A stretch of DNA of 64,000 bases from Rubrivivax sp. GTDB lineage: Bacteria > Pseudomonadota > Gammaproteobacteria > Burkholderiales > Burkholderiaceae_C. The stretch covers positions 22,731 to 86,730 of the forward strand of contig JBIQHD010000013.1 in NCBI GenBank assembly GCA_044508835.1. The letters are read 5' to 3'. The position numbers were made by a program, and so were the translations under genes. How positions within the stretch are numbered: position 1 is the stretch's first letter; each line of letters starts with the position of its first letter. Under the pieces are notes generated by a model. That model was given only the letters and a program-made list of their open reading frames with translations, did no database searches and had not been told where the DNA came from. Below are positions 26,888 through 40,222 of this stretch, piece by piece.

Positions 26888-28069
26888 TCAGCCGCCCGCG
26901 CCGCCGTCCGCGCGGGCGTGCCACTTGCGGTAGAGCGTGCTGCGGCCGATGCCGAGCATGCGCGCGGCGCGCGCCATGTTGCCGCCGGCCGCCGCCACGG
27001 CCGCGCCGATGGCGGCCAGTTCCTGCTCGCGCAGCGTGGCGGCGCGCGGCGCGGCGGCGGGGCCCTGGACCGGTACCTGCACAGGCACCGGCGCCCGGGC
27101 GAGCGCCGGCGCATCGAGCGAGACCTTGACGTGCAGCGGCCGCGCCGCCGGCGCGGCGGGCTCGTGCGCCGCCTCCGCGCCGCGCGACGCCGGCATCGGC
27201 ACCAGCGCCATCGGCGCATCGCCCGCCCGCCGCGCATGGTCGACCATGCGCGCGAGCGGCACGCCGAAGATCATCTCCACCGATTCGCGCCGCAGCGTCA
27301 GCGCGTTGCGCCCGAGCAGGTCGAGCGCGCAGCGGTTGGCGCCGAGGATGCGGCCGTCGTCGTCGAGCGCGATCACGCCCTCCTGCACCGTGCCCAGGCC
27401 GGCGGGCTGCGCATGCAGGTGCAGCTTGAGCCGGTGGCGGAAGCGGTCGGCGAACCACTGGTTCTCGATCAGCCGCGCCGACATGCGCGCCAGCGCCAGC
27501 GTGTGCGGGTGGTAGGAGCGGTGGTCGCCGGAGACGTCGATCACGCCGATCATCGAGCCGGCGTGGTCGAAGATCGGCGCGGCCGAGCAGGTGAGGAAGT
27601 GGTTCGCGCGCAGGTAGTGCTCGGCGCCGTGCACCAGCGTCGGCCGCTCGTTCATCAGCGCCGTGCCGACCGCGTTGGTGCCCTTGGACGCTTCCGACCA
27701 CACCGCGCCCGCGGCGAGCGCCACGCGCTGCGCGCGCTCGAGAAAGCCCGCGTCGCCCAGCACCTGCAGCACCGTGCCGTGCGAATCGGTGAGGCCGACG
27801 ATGCTGTGCGTGGGCTCGAGCTGCTCCCACAGCAGCTCGAGCACCGGCATCGCCTGCTCGCACAGGCGGCGGTTGCGCTCCTGGGCGATGCGCAGGTCCG
27901 CGCGTTCGAGCAGCGTGAGGTCGGGCAGCTGCTCGGCGCGCAGCCCGAGGGCGCGGCAGCGTTCGTGCGAATCGGCCACGACGTGCGCATGCGCCGCGTC
28001 GATCACCGGCGGCGGCTCGGGCTGCGAAGACGGGAGGCGGCGCGTCTGCATCGGGCAAGTGTCGCGCAT
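26888..28069 (-). CDS. GAF-PAS-HTH(Fis-type) transcriptional regulator, AcoR-like but without a sigma-54 AAA+ module
   Basis: The GAF-like region reads SKGTNAVGTAL...HYLRANHFLTCSAAPIFDHAGSMIGVIDVSGD. The PAS-like region reads GVIALDDDGRILGANRCALDLLG. The C-terminal HTH_8 reads GNMARAARMLGIGRSTLYRKW. No Walker A or GAFTGA motif is visible. The start could be the ATG at 28069 or at 28051. Confidence 0.75.
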   Translation of the reverse strand: MRDTCPMQTRRLPSSQPEPPPVIDAAHAHVVADSHERCRALGLRAEQLPDLTLLERADLRIAQERNRRLCEQAMPVLELLWEQLEPTHSIVGLTDSHGTVLQVLGDAGFLERAQRVALAAGAVWSEASKGTNAVGTALMNERPTLVHGAEHYLRANHFLTCSAAPIFDHAGSMIGVIDVSGDHRSYHPHTLALARMSARLIENQWFADRFRHRLKLHLHAQPAGLGTVQEGVIALDDDGRILGANRCALDLLGRNALTLRRESVEMIFGVPLARMVDHARRAGDAPMALVPMPASRGAEAAHEPAAPAARPLHVKVSLDAPALARAPVPVQVPVQGPAAAPRAATLREQELAAIGAAVAAAGGNMARAARMLGIGRSTLYRKWHARADGGAGG

Positions 28070-28275
28070 TCCGCCCGCATCGCAGGCCCCGGCGGGTTGT
28101 GGCGCCGGCGCGGCATCGCGCAAAATCGTGGGTTCTCGCTCTCCGGCGAAGCGGTACGCGCAGGTTGTCTCGACGCGGCTTCTACACCCCACCGTCCATC
28201 GATTCGACCGTGAACCGACCTTCCTCACTCGCCGGCGCCGACACGGCCACGCCGCTCGGCCACGAGCTCGACCTG

Positions 28276-31065
28276 ATGGCCGCGCGCACGCTCACCGGCT
28301 TCGGCGTGGTCGTGGTGACGGTGGCCGCCGGCGCAGTGCTGCTGCTCGAAGGGCTCACGCCGCGCGAACGCGGCGCGATGCTCGCGGCGCTCGGCCTCAC
28401 GCTGGCGCTCATCGGCGTGACCTGGTGGCTGACCGCCCGCGGCCGCCCGCGGCTCGCCACCTTCTGGACGATGCTGTTGTGCATGGCCGTCAACTGCGCC
28501 GTGGCCGTGCTCGCCGGCACCGGCGTGCATGCGCAGTCGTTCGGCGTGTCGGCGCTGATGATCGCGCTGGCCGGCATCCTGCTCGGGCCGCGCCAGGCCT
28601 TCGTGCTGTTCGTGCTGAACCTGGGCGCCGTGGCCGCGCTCTATCACGCCGAGATGGCCGGCTGGGTGGCCGGCCGCGCCGCCGCGGTCGCGACGCCGGC
28701 GGTCAACCGCGTGTACACGCTGGCGGTGGTGATGGCGGTGGGCTTCCTCGCGGCACTGCTGTTCGCCCGCACCCACCGCCGCGCGCTCGACCATGCGCGC
28801 GCGAGCGAGGCGAGCTTTCGCGAGCTGCTGCGCATCGGCACCGACTGGCTGTGGGAGCAGGACGCGGCGGGCCGCTTCTCGTACCTGTCGCCCGGCTTCG
28901 CCGCGCGCTCGTCGATGCCGCCCGAAGCGCTGATCGGGCGCGCCCTGTGGGAGCTCGACGGCGTGGTCGAGCCGCCCGAGGGCTGGGGGCCGCTGCGCAC
29001 GCACGTCGCGCGCGGCCTCGGGCTGCACGACGAGCAGGTGATGGTGCGCCGCGGCGACGGCGCGCTGGTCGCCTTCCGCCTGAGCAGCGAGCCCGTGCGC
29101 GACGCGCGGGGCGAGCTCGTCGGCTGGCGCGGCGTGGGCCGCGACGTGAGCGCGCAGGCGCGGGCCGAGGCCCGGCGGCGCGAGTCGGAGCAGATCCTCG
29201 AGCAGCTGTTCCGCGCCAACCCCGACGGCCTGGTGCTCGGCACGCTGCCCGAGGGGCGCATCGTGCTGATGAACGCCAACCTGTCGCGCATGGTCGGCAT
29301 CGACGAGCGGGACGCAATCGGCCACACCGCGTACTCGCTCGGCTTCTGGGTCGACGAGGCGGCGCGCGCCGAGCTGTGGCGGCGCATCGAGCGCGACGGC
29401 CACGCCGCCAACCTGCCCACGCGCGTGGTCCACCGCGACGGGCACGAGATCCCCGCCATGGTGTCGGCCACGCGCTTCGCGCTGAACGGGCGCGACTACA
29501 TGGTCGCCACCGTGCGCGACACCAGCGAGGTCGAGCGCGTGCGGCTCGAGTCCGAGGTCATCCTGAACCATGCGGCGGTCGGCATCGCGCTGGTGCGCGA
29601 CGGCACGTACCAGCGCGTCAACCCGACCTTCGAACGCCTGTTCGGCCGCGCCGTGGGCAGCCTCGAAGGGCAGCCCACGCGCGTCATGTTCGACGACGAC
29701 GAGGCCTACGAGCGGACGCTCGAGGAGGCGCTGCGCATGCAGGCCACGCCGGGCGCCGAGCTCGAGCGGGGCGTCACGCGGCCCGACGGCAGCGCGGGGC
29801 TGCTGCGCCTGCGCATGCAGACCCTCGACCCCGCGCGCCCGGCCGGCGGCCGGCTGTGGATCGCCGAGGACGTCACCGAGCGGCGCCGGACCGAGGCGCA
29901 GCTCTCGCTCGCCAAGGACGAGGCCGAGGCCGCCAGCCGCGCCAAGAGCGCGTTCCTCGCCACCATGAGCCACGAGATGCGCACGCCGCTGAACGGCGTC
30001 ATCGGCATGATCCGCCTCGCGCTCGACGAGCCCGGCGGCCGCCGCGACGAGTACCTGCGCCACGCCGCGCTGAGCGCGCAGACGCTCGCCGGCATCATCG
30101 CCGACGTGCTCGACCTGTCGAAGATCGAGGCCGGCCGGCTGCAGCTGGAAAGCGCCGACTTCGACCTGCACGAGCTGCTGCAGCAGCTGTGCGCGGGCAA
30201 CGAGTCGGTGGCGCGCGAGAAGGGCCTGGCGCTGGCGCTGCACATCGACGACGACGTGCCGCACTACGTCAACGGCGACGCCGCGCGCGTGCGGCAGATC
30301 CTCGTCAACTACCTCGGCAACGCGCTCAAGTTCACCGAGCGCGGGGGCATCGACGTCTCGCTGGCGTGCGCCGACTCGGGCTGCCTGCGCTTCGCCGTGC
30401 GCGACACCGGCATCGGCGTGCCGGCCGAGGTGCAGGCGCGGCTGTTCCTGCCCTTCGCGCAGGGCGACGAGTCGACCACGCGCCGCTTCGGCGGCACCGG
30501 GCTCGGCCTGTCGATCTGCCGCGAGCTTGCCCACCTGATGGGCGGCGAGGTGGGCCTCGCGAGCCGGCCCGGCGAGGGCAGCACCTTCTGGGCCGAGCTG
30601 CCGCTGCCCGCCGCGCGCGCGCCGGCCCTGCCGCGGCGCGGGCCGCGCCAGGCGCCGCTGCCGCTGGCCGGCTGGCGCGTGCTGGTGGTGGAGGACCACC
30701 CCGTGAACATGCTCATCGCGGTGGAGACGCTCAAGCGCTGGGGCGCGCAGGCGGTGGAGGCGGTGGACGGCCAGGCGGCGCTGCGGGCGGTGGACGAGGC
30801 CGCGGCGGCGGGCGGGCGCTTCGACGCCGTGCTGATGGACCTGCACATGCCCGACATCAGCGGCATCGAGGTCACGCGCCGGCTGCGCCAGCGCTTCGAC
30901 GCGAAGGCCCTGCCCATCGTCGCGCTGACGGCCGCGGCGCTGCTCTCGGAGCAGCAGCAGGCGCTGGAGGCCGGCATGAACGACTTCGTCACCAAGCCCA
31001 TCGACAGCCGCCAGCTGCTCGAGGCCCTGCGGCGCACGCGCCGCCGCGCGTCCGTCAGCGCATGA
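28276..31065 (+). CDS. Hybrid sensor histidine kinase/response regulator (multi-TM N-domain, several PAS domains, HisKA, HATPase, REC)
   Basis: The H-box is SHEMRTPLNGVIGM. The N, G1 and G2 boxes are NYLGNALKFT, RDTGIGV and GGTGLGLSIC. The receiver domain reads VLVVEDHPVNM...DLHMPDISG...TKP. The start is uncertain: ATG at 28276, GTG at 28210, or the ORF-track start at 28099. Confidence 0.88.
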   Translation: MAARTLTGFGVVVVTVAAGAVLLLEGLTPRERGAMLAALGLTLALIGVTWWLTARGRPRLATFWTMLLCMAVNCAVAVLAGTGVHAQSFGVSALMIALAGILLGPRQAFVLFVLNLGAVAALYHAEMAGWVAGRAAAVATPAVNRVYTLAVVMAVGFLAALLFARTHRRALDHARASEASFRELLRIGTDWLWEQDAAGRFSYLSPGFAARSSMPPEALIGRALWELDGVVEPPEGWGPLRTHVARGLGLHDEQVMVRRGDGALVAFRLSSEPVRDARGELVGWRGVGRDVSAQARAEARRRESEQILEQLFRANPDGLVLGTLPEGRIVLMNANLSRMVGIDERDAIGHTAYSLGFWVDEAARAELWRRIERDGHAANLPTRVVHRDGHEIPAMVSATRFALNGRDYMVATVRDTSEVERVRLESEVILNHAAVGIALVRDGTYQRVNPTFERLFGRAVGSLEGQPTRVMFDDDEAYERTLEEALRMQATPGAELERGVTRPDGSAGLLRLRMQTLDPARPAGGRLWIAEDVTERRRTEAQLSLAKDEAEAASRAKSAFLATMSHEMRTPLNGVIGMIRLALDEPGGRRDEYLRHAALSAQTLAGIIADVLDLSKIEAGRLQLESADFDLHELLQQLCAGNESVAREKGLALALHIDDDVPHYVNGDAARVRQILVNYLGNALKFTERGGIDVSLACADSGCLRFAVRDTGIGVPAEVQARLFLPFAQGDESTTRRFGGTGLGLSICRELAHLMGGEVGLASRPGEGSTFWAELPLPAARAPALPRRGPRQAPLPLAGWRVLVVEDHPVNMLIAVETLKRWGAQAVEAVDGQAALRAVDEAAAAGGRFDAVLMDLHMPDISGIEVTRRLRQRFDAKALPIVALTAAALLSEQQQALEAGMNDFVTKPIDSRQLLEALRRTRRRASVSA

Positions 31066-32176
31066 ACCGGCCGTCGCGGCCGATGATGGACAGGTCCACG
31101 TACTCCAGGCCGGTGTGATCCGCCGGCGAGAAGCCGAGGTCCATGCCGCCGAGGTCGACCTTGCCCATGGTGTTCAGCGCGGCGACGAGCCGTTCGCGCG
31201 TCGGCGCGGGGCCGGCGCGCTGCAGGCCCTCGACCAGCACCTTGGCGGCGGCGAAGCCTTCCACCATGGCGGGCGAGACGCCGTCCAGGCCCTGGGCGGC
31301 GGCCAGGTCGACGGCCTCCTTCACCAGCGGCGCGGCCAGCGAGCGCTCGTTCGGGAACACCTGCATGACGATGGTGCCGCGCGCGTGCGCGCCCATGAGC
31401 GCCGCGAAGCTGCCCGAGGCGTTGTTCGACAGCGTGACGACCTGCGCGCGCGAGCCCGCGGCGCGCAGCGCGGCGGTGCCGTCGGCCACCGCCTGGGCGG
31501 AGCCCACGAAGAGCACGGCCTGCACCTCGGCCGCGACGAGCCTGGCCACGGCCGGGCCGAAGTCCGGCCTGGCGCGATCGAAGGTCTCGGTCACCGCAGG
31601 CTCGCGCTGGATGGCGGCGAAGCCCTTGCGCGCGCCGATGGCGGCGTCCGCGCCGAAGGAGTCGTCCACCCGCAGCACGGCGATGCGCTGCAGGCCGATG
31701 GTGCCGAGGTGGACGATGGCGCGCTCGGCCTCCCGCTGGTACGGCGCGCGCACGTTGAAGACGTACGGGTTCACCGGCTCGTGGAACACCATGGCGCCGG
31801 TGGAGGGCGCGACCAGCGGGATGCGGTGCTGCGCCAGCAGCGGCACGATGGCCTGGGTGTGCGGCGTCGCCCGCGTGAGGAAGAGGGCGATCGGCTGGTG
31901 CTCGCGGATGAGCCGGGCCGCGTTGGCCGCGGCGAGCGCGGGATCGAACTTGTCGTCCATCTGCACCAGGCGGATCTTCTGGCCGTGCACGCCGCCGCGG
32001 CGGTTCACGGCGTCGAGGTAGAGCTTCGCGCCGGCCGACAGGTCGTTGACCGAGGCGGCCACCGGGCCGGTGAGGCCCGCGGTCTGGCCGACGACGAGGT
32101 CCGCCCGCGCGGGCGCGGCCTGCAGCGCCGCGGCGATCAGGAATGCGGCGAGGGCCGCCGGTCGTGCGATTCGCAT
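31055..32176 (-). CDS. ABC-type periplasmic substrate-binding protein, branched-chain amino acid (LivK/Type-1 PBP) family
   Basis: The signal peptide is MRIARPAALAAFLIAAALQAAPARA. The mature protein reads VVGQTAGLTGPVA...GAKLYLDAVN..GGVHGQKI.LV..DD.FDP. The 3' end overlaps the kinase 3' end by 11 nt in convergent orientation. Confidence 0.8.
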   Translation of the reverse strand: MRIARPAALAAFLIAAALQAAPARADLVVGQTAGLTGPVAASVNDLSAGAKLYLDAVNRRGGVHGQKIRLVQMDDKFDPALAAANAARLIREHQPIALFLTRATPHTQAIVPLLAQHRIPLVAPSTGAMVFHEPVNPYVFNVRAPYQREAERAIVHLGTIGLQRIAVLRVDDSFGADAAIGARKGFAAIQREPAVTETFDRARPDFGPAVARLVAAEVQAVLFVGSAQAVADGTAALRAAGSRAQVVTLSNNASGSFAALMGAHARGTIVMQVFPNERSLAAPLVKEAVDLAAAQGLDGVSPAMVEGFAAAKVLVEGLQRAGPAPTRERLVAALNTMGKVDLGGMDLGFSPADHTGLEYVDLSIIGRDGRFMR

Positions 32177-32282
32177 GCTGTCTCCCGGGAGGCCGGCGCA
32201 GGGGCGCGGGGCGTGGGCGGCACGCCCCGCGCGGGCCCGGCGCGGGCGGTTCTGGTTCTTCTCGTGCGGCCGCCGGCCGGCG

Positions 32283-33263
32283 TCAGTCCAGCGTCAGGTT
32301 CTGCTCGGTGACGACCTTCTTGTAGACCTCGAACTCGGCCCGGGTCTGCGCGGTGAACTCCTCGGGCGAGTTGCCCACCACCAGCGAGCCGGTGGCGGCG
32401 ATGCGCTCGCGCACGTCGGGGCGCTGCAGCGTCGTCTTCACGGCCTCCGAGACCTTGGCGACCACCTCCGGCGGCAGGCCCTTCGGGCCGTGGATGCCGT
32501 AGTAGGCCATGCGGTTGACGGGCTCCAGGCCCAGCTCCTTGAACGTCGGCACGTCGGGCAGCGCCTCCAGGCGCTGCGGCGCGGCGATGGCGATGGCGAC
32601 CAGCCGCCCGCTCTTGATGAAGGGCAGGGCCGAGGGCAGGTTGTCGAAGATCATGTGCACCTGGCCGGCCACCGTGTCGTTGAGCGCCGGGCCGGCGCCC
32701 TTGTACGGGATATGCGTGATCTTCGCGCCGGTGAGCGACTTGAACAGCTCCATCTGCAGGTGGCCGATGCCGCCGGTGCCCGAGCTGGAGAAGGTGTACT
32801 TGTTCGGCGCGGCCTTCACCGCGGCGATGAAGCCCTTGTAGTCCTTCGCCGGGAAGCTCGGGTGGACGGCGATCACGTTCGGCGTCGCCGCGATGTTGAT
32901 GATGGACGTGAAGTCGGTGAGCGGGTTGTAGGGCGTCTTCGGGTTGATGGCCGGCGCGGAGGCCGTGGTCGACACGGTCGCGATGCCCAGCGTGTAGCCG
33001 TCGGGCGCGGCCTTGGCGATTTCCGCGGCGCCGATCAGCCCGCCCGCGCCGCCGCGGTTGTCGACGATGAACATCTGCCCGAACGCCGGCTCGATGTGCG
33101 CCGCGAGCACGCGCGCCAGGATGTCGGTCGTGCCGCCGGCGGCGAAGGGCACGATGACGCGCACCGTCTTGTCGGGGTACGACGACTGGGACCAGGCCGA
33201 GGGAAGGGCGGCGGCGGTGGCGCCGGCGGCGATGGCGAGGCGCAGGAACTGGCTGCGTTTCAT
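32283..33263 (-). CDS. Bug-family (TctC-like) tripartite tricarboxylate transporter substrate-binding protein
   Basis: MKRSQFLRLAIAAGATAAALPSAWSQSSYPDKTVRVIVPFAAGGTTDILAR...DNRGGAGG...PDGYTL is the hallmark Bug N-terminus. The protein is 326 aa. Confidence 0.9.
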   Translation of the reverse strand: MKRSQFLRLAIAAGATAAALPSAWSQSSYPDKTVRVIVPFAAGGTTDILARVLAAHIEPAFGQMFIVDNRGGAGGLIGAAEIAKAAPDGYTLGIATVSTTASAPAINPKTPYNPLTDFTSIINIAATPNVIAVHPSFPAKDYKGFIAAVKAAPNKYTFSSSGTGGIGHLQMELFKSLTGAKITHIPYKGAGPALNDTVAGQVHMIFDNLPSALPFIKSGRLVAIAIAAPQRLEALPDVPTFKELGLEPVNRMAYYGIHGPKGLPPEVVAKVSEAVKTTLQRPDVRERIAATGSLVVGNSPEEFTAQTRAEFEVYKKVVTEQNLTLD

Positions 33264-33331
33264 GGTGTCTCCTGTGAGTGGCTTGTCGGTGCGGCGGCCT
33301 TCGGGGGCGAAGGCGGTGCCGCGCCGGTTAC

Positions 33332-33347
33332 CGCAACTCGCGTACCA
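33332..33347 (-). promoter_or_regulatory. Candidate sigma-54 (-24/-12) promoter for the Bug-family binding-protein gene
   Basis: The minus strand reads TGGTACGCGAGTTGCG, with GG-N10-GC spacing and TTGC at -12. It lies about 70 nt upstream of the ATG at 33263. It sits in the divergent region shared with a DctB/DctD-type sigma-54 two-component system. Confidence 0.6.
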
Positions 33348-33590
33348 CCACGCGCCCGCCGCGCCGCACGGGCGCCGTGCCGAGGGCGGCGGGCCGCCCG
33401 GCGCGGCGCGGCGCGGCAGCGGGGATTCCGGCACGCCGGAATCGGGCCCGCCGGCCGTGCGGAAAACCGCCGCCGTCCGGGCCGGCGGCGCGGCCGGGTA
33501 CGCGCTAGTGCGGATGTCGCCGGCGCGGCCCGGGGCCGAAGATGCGGCCCCGCCCCGCTGCCGCGCCGACCCCCTCTGCCCGTTCCCCGC

Positions 33591-35473
33591 ATGTCGTACC
33601 GCATGCCTCTCGCCGAGAGCCCCCGCCTGGCGGCGGACGCGGCCCCGCCGGCGCGGCGCCGCGCGGCGCGCGCGCTGCTGCGCTTCGGCGCGGCCGCCGC
33701 CGCCTGCGTGCTGCTGGGCGCCTTCGTCTATCGCGCCACCTACGACGCGCACCTCGAGGCCGACAAGCGCGCCGCGACGCGGCGCGTCGAGTTCTTCGCG
33801 CTCAGCCTGGAGGCGCTGCTCGCGCGCAACGAGGCGCTGCCCGGGCTGATCGCGCTCGAAGGCACCGTCGGCACGCTGCTCGACGCCGACTCGGCCGCGA
33901 CGCGCGAGGCGGCGAACCGCTACCTCGAGGCCGCGGCGCGCATCGCCGACGTGAGCGCGGCCTACGTGATGGACGACGCGGGCCTCACGCTCGCCGCCAG
34001 CAACTGGAACCAGGCCGTCACCTTCGTCGGCCAGCGCTATGCGTTCCGGCCGTACTTCCAGGATGCGATCGACGGCCGCTTCGGCCGCTTCTACGGCATC
34101 GGCGCGACGACGGGCGAGGCCGGCTACTTCCTCGCCTCGCGGGTGCGCACGGCCGCCGGCGCAGCGGGCGTGATCGCGGTGAAGGTGGCGCTCGAGCCCT
34201 TCGAGGAAGCGATGCGGCACAGCGGCGAGGCCGTCTTCGTGGCCGACCGCGAGGGCGTGATCCTGCTCAGCTCGGAGGCCGACTGGAAGTACCGCGTGCT
34301 CCAGCCCATGTCCGGCGCGACGCGCGAGCGCCTGAGCGCGACGCGGCAGTACGGCGCGCAGGCCCTGCACCCGCTCGTGCCGGGCGTGGCCGTCGGCGCC
34401 GACGGCGGCGACGTGAGCCTGTCGCGCGGCGGCGCGCCCGCGCGGTTCTCGATCACCGCCAAGCCGGTGGGCCGCATCGGCTGGCGCATGGTGATGCTCA
34501 CCGACCGCGCCGGCGCCCGGGCCGACGCCGCGGTGGCCGGCAGCGCCGCGTCGCTCGGCGCCGCGCTCGTCGTCGGCCTGTTCATGTACCTGCGCCTGTC
34601 GCGGCGGCGGCGCGAGGAGCGGCGGGCGGCGCAGCAGGCGCTGGTCGAGGTGCACGAGAGCCTGGAAGCGCGCATCGCACGCCGCACGGCCGAGGTCACG
34701 GCCGCCAACCGGGCGCTCGAGGACAAGGTGGCGGCGCTCAAGCAGGCCGAGGAGATCCTGCGCCAGACGCGCGACGGCGCGGTGCAGGCGGGCAAGCTCG
34801 CGGTGCTCGGGCAGATGTCGGTCGGCATGAGCCACGAGCTCAACCAGCCGCTCGCCGCGCTGCACACGCTGTCCGACAACGCGATCCGGCTGCTCGACGC
34901 GTCGCGCACCGAGGAGACGAAGGAGAACCTCGCCCTCATCAGCCAGCTCGTCGCGCGCATGGGCCGCATCGTGCGCCAGCTCAAGGCCTTCGCGCGCAAG
35001 GAGCCGGCGGCGCTCGGGCCGGTGGACGTGGCCGAGGCGCTGGAGCACGCGCTGCTGCTCGTCGACTCGATGCGGCGCGAGCTGCACGCGCGCGTCGAGG
35101 TCGAGCCGCCGCCGGCCGGCCTGCGGGTGCGGGCCGACGCGGTGCGGCTCGAGCAGGTGCTGGTCAACCTCGTGCGCAACGGCCTGGAGGCGATGGCCGG
35201 GCAGGACGCGCCGGTGCTGCGGGTGCGCGCCGTGCGCGAGGGCGAAGGCGAGGGCGCGCGGGTCGCGCTGTGCATCCGCGACACCGGCCCGGGCATCCCG
35301 GCCGAGGTGCAGCCGCGGCTGTTCGAGCCCTTCTTCACCACCAAGCCGGTCGGGCAGGGCCTGGGGCTCGGGCTCGCGCTGTCGCTGGCGATCGTCGAGG
35401 GCTTCGGCGGCCGGCTGGAGGGGCGCAACGCCGACGGCGGCGGCGCGGAGTTCCGCATCATCCTGGAGGCCGC

Positions 35474-35477
<4 letters not shown>
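33591..35477 (+). CDS. DctB-family sensor histidine kinase (periplasmic Cache-like sensor, HisKA, HATPase)
   Basis: Two TM segments flank a roughly 280-aa periplasmic domain (YFQDAIDGRFGRFYGIGATTGEAGYF). The H-box is GMSHELNQPLAAL, and NLVRNGLEAM, DTGPGI and GLGLGLALS are also present. Confidence 0.88.
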
Positions 35478-36838
<1,361 letters not shown>

Positions 36839-36847
36839 GCGCGCGGG

Positions 36848-38548
<1,701 letters not shown>

Positions 38549-39376
38549 TCAGGCAGGCTGGTAGGCCAGCCGCACGTAGATCGGCGCGAAGGCCTCGGCC
38601 TGGGTGACTTCGAGCAGGTGCTCCCGCGCCAGCTCGAGCAGGGCGATGAAGGTGACGACGAGCACCGGCACGCCGCGCGCCGGCTCGAACAGCTCCTCGA
38701 ACTCGACGAAGCGTCGGCCCTGCAGCCGGCGCAGCACGATGCTCATGTGCTCGCGCACCGAGAGCTGCTCGCGCGAGATGGTGTGGTGCTGGTTCAGCTT
38801 GGCGCGGGCGAGGATGTCGGCCCAGGCGGCGCGCAGCTCGTCGGCGGCCACGTCGGGAAAGCGCGGCGCGAGCGACTGCTCGATCGTCACCTGCGCGCGC
38901 AGGAAGTCGCGTCCCAGCACCGGCAGCGCGTCGAGGCGCGCGGCGGCCAGCTTGATCTGCTCGTACTCGATCAGGCGGCGCACCAGCTCGGCGCGCGGGT
39001 CCTCGGCTTCCTTGCCGTCCTCGCTCTTGCGGGGCGGCAGCAGCATGCGCGACTTGATCTCGATCAGCATCGCCGCCATCAGCAGGTATTCGCTGGCCAG
39101 CTCGAGGTTGGTCTTGCGGATCTGCTCGACGTAGGCGAGGTACTGGCGCGTCACGTCGGCCAGCGGGATGTCGAGGATGTTGAAGTTCTGCTTGCGGATC
39201 AGGTAGAGCAGCAGGTCGAGCGGGCCCTCGAAGGCCTCGAGGAACACCTCCAGGGCGTCCGGCGGGATGTACAGGTCCTGCGGCAGCGTGAACAGCGGCT
39301 CGCCGTACAGCCGCGCCATGGCCACGCGGTCGACCACGTCGGGCAGGGTCTCGGCGGCCGCGGCGGGCGCGGGCAT
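38549..39376 (-). CDS. scpA: Segregation and condensation protein A
   Basis: [35 protein letters not shown]...[23 protein letters not shown] is the ScpA kleisin signature. An alternative start lies at 39319. Confidence 0.88.
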   Translation of the reverse strand: MPAPAAAAETLPDVVDRVAMARLYGEPLFTLPQDLYIPPDALEVFLEAFEGPLDLLLYLIRKQNFNILDIPLADVTRQYLAYVEQIRKTNLELASEYLLMAAMLIEIKSRMLLPPRKSEDGKEAEDPRAELVRRLIEYEQIKLAAARLDALPVLGRDFLRAQVTIEQSLAPRFPDVAADELRAAWADILARAKLNQHHTISREQLSVREHMSIVLRRLQGRRFVEFEELFEPARGVPVLVVTFIALLELAREHLLEVTQAEAFAPIYVRLAYQPA

Positions 39377-39441
39377 GTCGGGCAGCGCCGCGTGTGCGTC
39401 GTCGCTCAAGGCAGGGTCCCCGGGCAGGCCGGCGGGCGGGA

Positions 39442-39645
39442 TCAGGGCTTGGGCGTGTAGTACACGTAGGGGTCCTGCGGCACCCGCGACTCGCGGTAGG
39501 CGGCCTGCGCCTCGCGGTCGATGCGGCGGTCCCACAGCAGGGCGCGGCCGGCGCGCTGCTCTTCCTCCAGCTTGGGGTTCTTGGCCTTCAGCTCGTCGAT
39601 GAACTGGCTGACGTCGGACTTGTAGGGCTTCCAGAAGAGCGGCAT
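39442..39645 (-). CDS. DUF3460-family small protein
   Basis: The 67-aa protein reads MPLFWKPYKSDVSQFIDELKAKNPKLEEEQRAGRALLWDR. I recognise this as the small conserved protein that precedes scpA in Burkholderiales. Confidence 0.7.
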   Translation of the reverse strand: MPLFWKPYKSDVSQFIDELKAKNPKLEEEQRAGRALLWDRRIDREAQAAYRESRVPQDPYVYYTPKP

Positions 39646-39712
39646 GGTGATCGTCCTGCACGGCCGCCAGGCCGCGCGCTAAAGTGAACCGGTGGATTTT
39701 ACGGGGGCTGCC

Positions 39713-40210
39713 ATGCGCCGATCCTGGAGGTGGATGCTGATGATTTCTCTGTTCGCCCTGTTCGCCGGCTGCGACCAGCAGCGCATCGCCGAGCTGGAGG
39801 AGGGCGTGTCGACCGAGGCCGACGTGCGCGCGCGCTTCGGCGAGCCGGCCGCCGTCTACCCCGAGGACGACGGCTCGCGCACTTTCGAGTACCCGCGCCA
39901 GCCCGAAGGGCAGTCGAACTACATGATCACCATCGGGCCCGACGGCAAGATGAGCGCGCTGCGCCAGGTGCTCAAGCAGGCCGACTTCGAGACCATCCGC
40001 CCGGGCCTGGACAAGGCCGAGGTGCGCCGCCGGCTCGGGCGGCCCGCCGCGACGCAGGTGTTCGCGCTGAAGAACCAGGAAGTCTGGGACTGGCGCTACC
40101 TGGAGGACCAGCAGCCGCGCGTGTTCTCCGTCACCTTCGACATGGACGGGCGGGTGCTGTCCACCGCCTCGGCCGTCGACCCGCGCGAGCAGTACCCGGG
40201 CGGCAAGTAG
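39713..40210 (+). CDS. Lipoprotein with a BamE/SmpA-OmlA-like domain
   Basis: The lipobox LFAGC follows a short hydrophobic N-terminus. IRPGLDKAEVRRRLGRPA is a typical BamE-fold start. The ATG at 39713 was preferred over 39692. Confidence 0.6.
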   Translation: MRRSWRWMLMISLFALFAGCDQQRIAELEEGVSTEADVRARFGEPAAVYPEDDGSRTFEYPRQPEGQSNYMITIGPDGKMSALRQVLKQADFETIRPGLDKAEVRRRLGRPAATQVFALKNQEVWDWRYLEDQQPRVFSVTFDMDGRVLSTASAVDPREQYPGGK

Positions 40211-40222
40211 GCGGCGCCTGCC

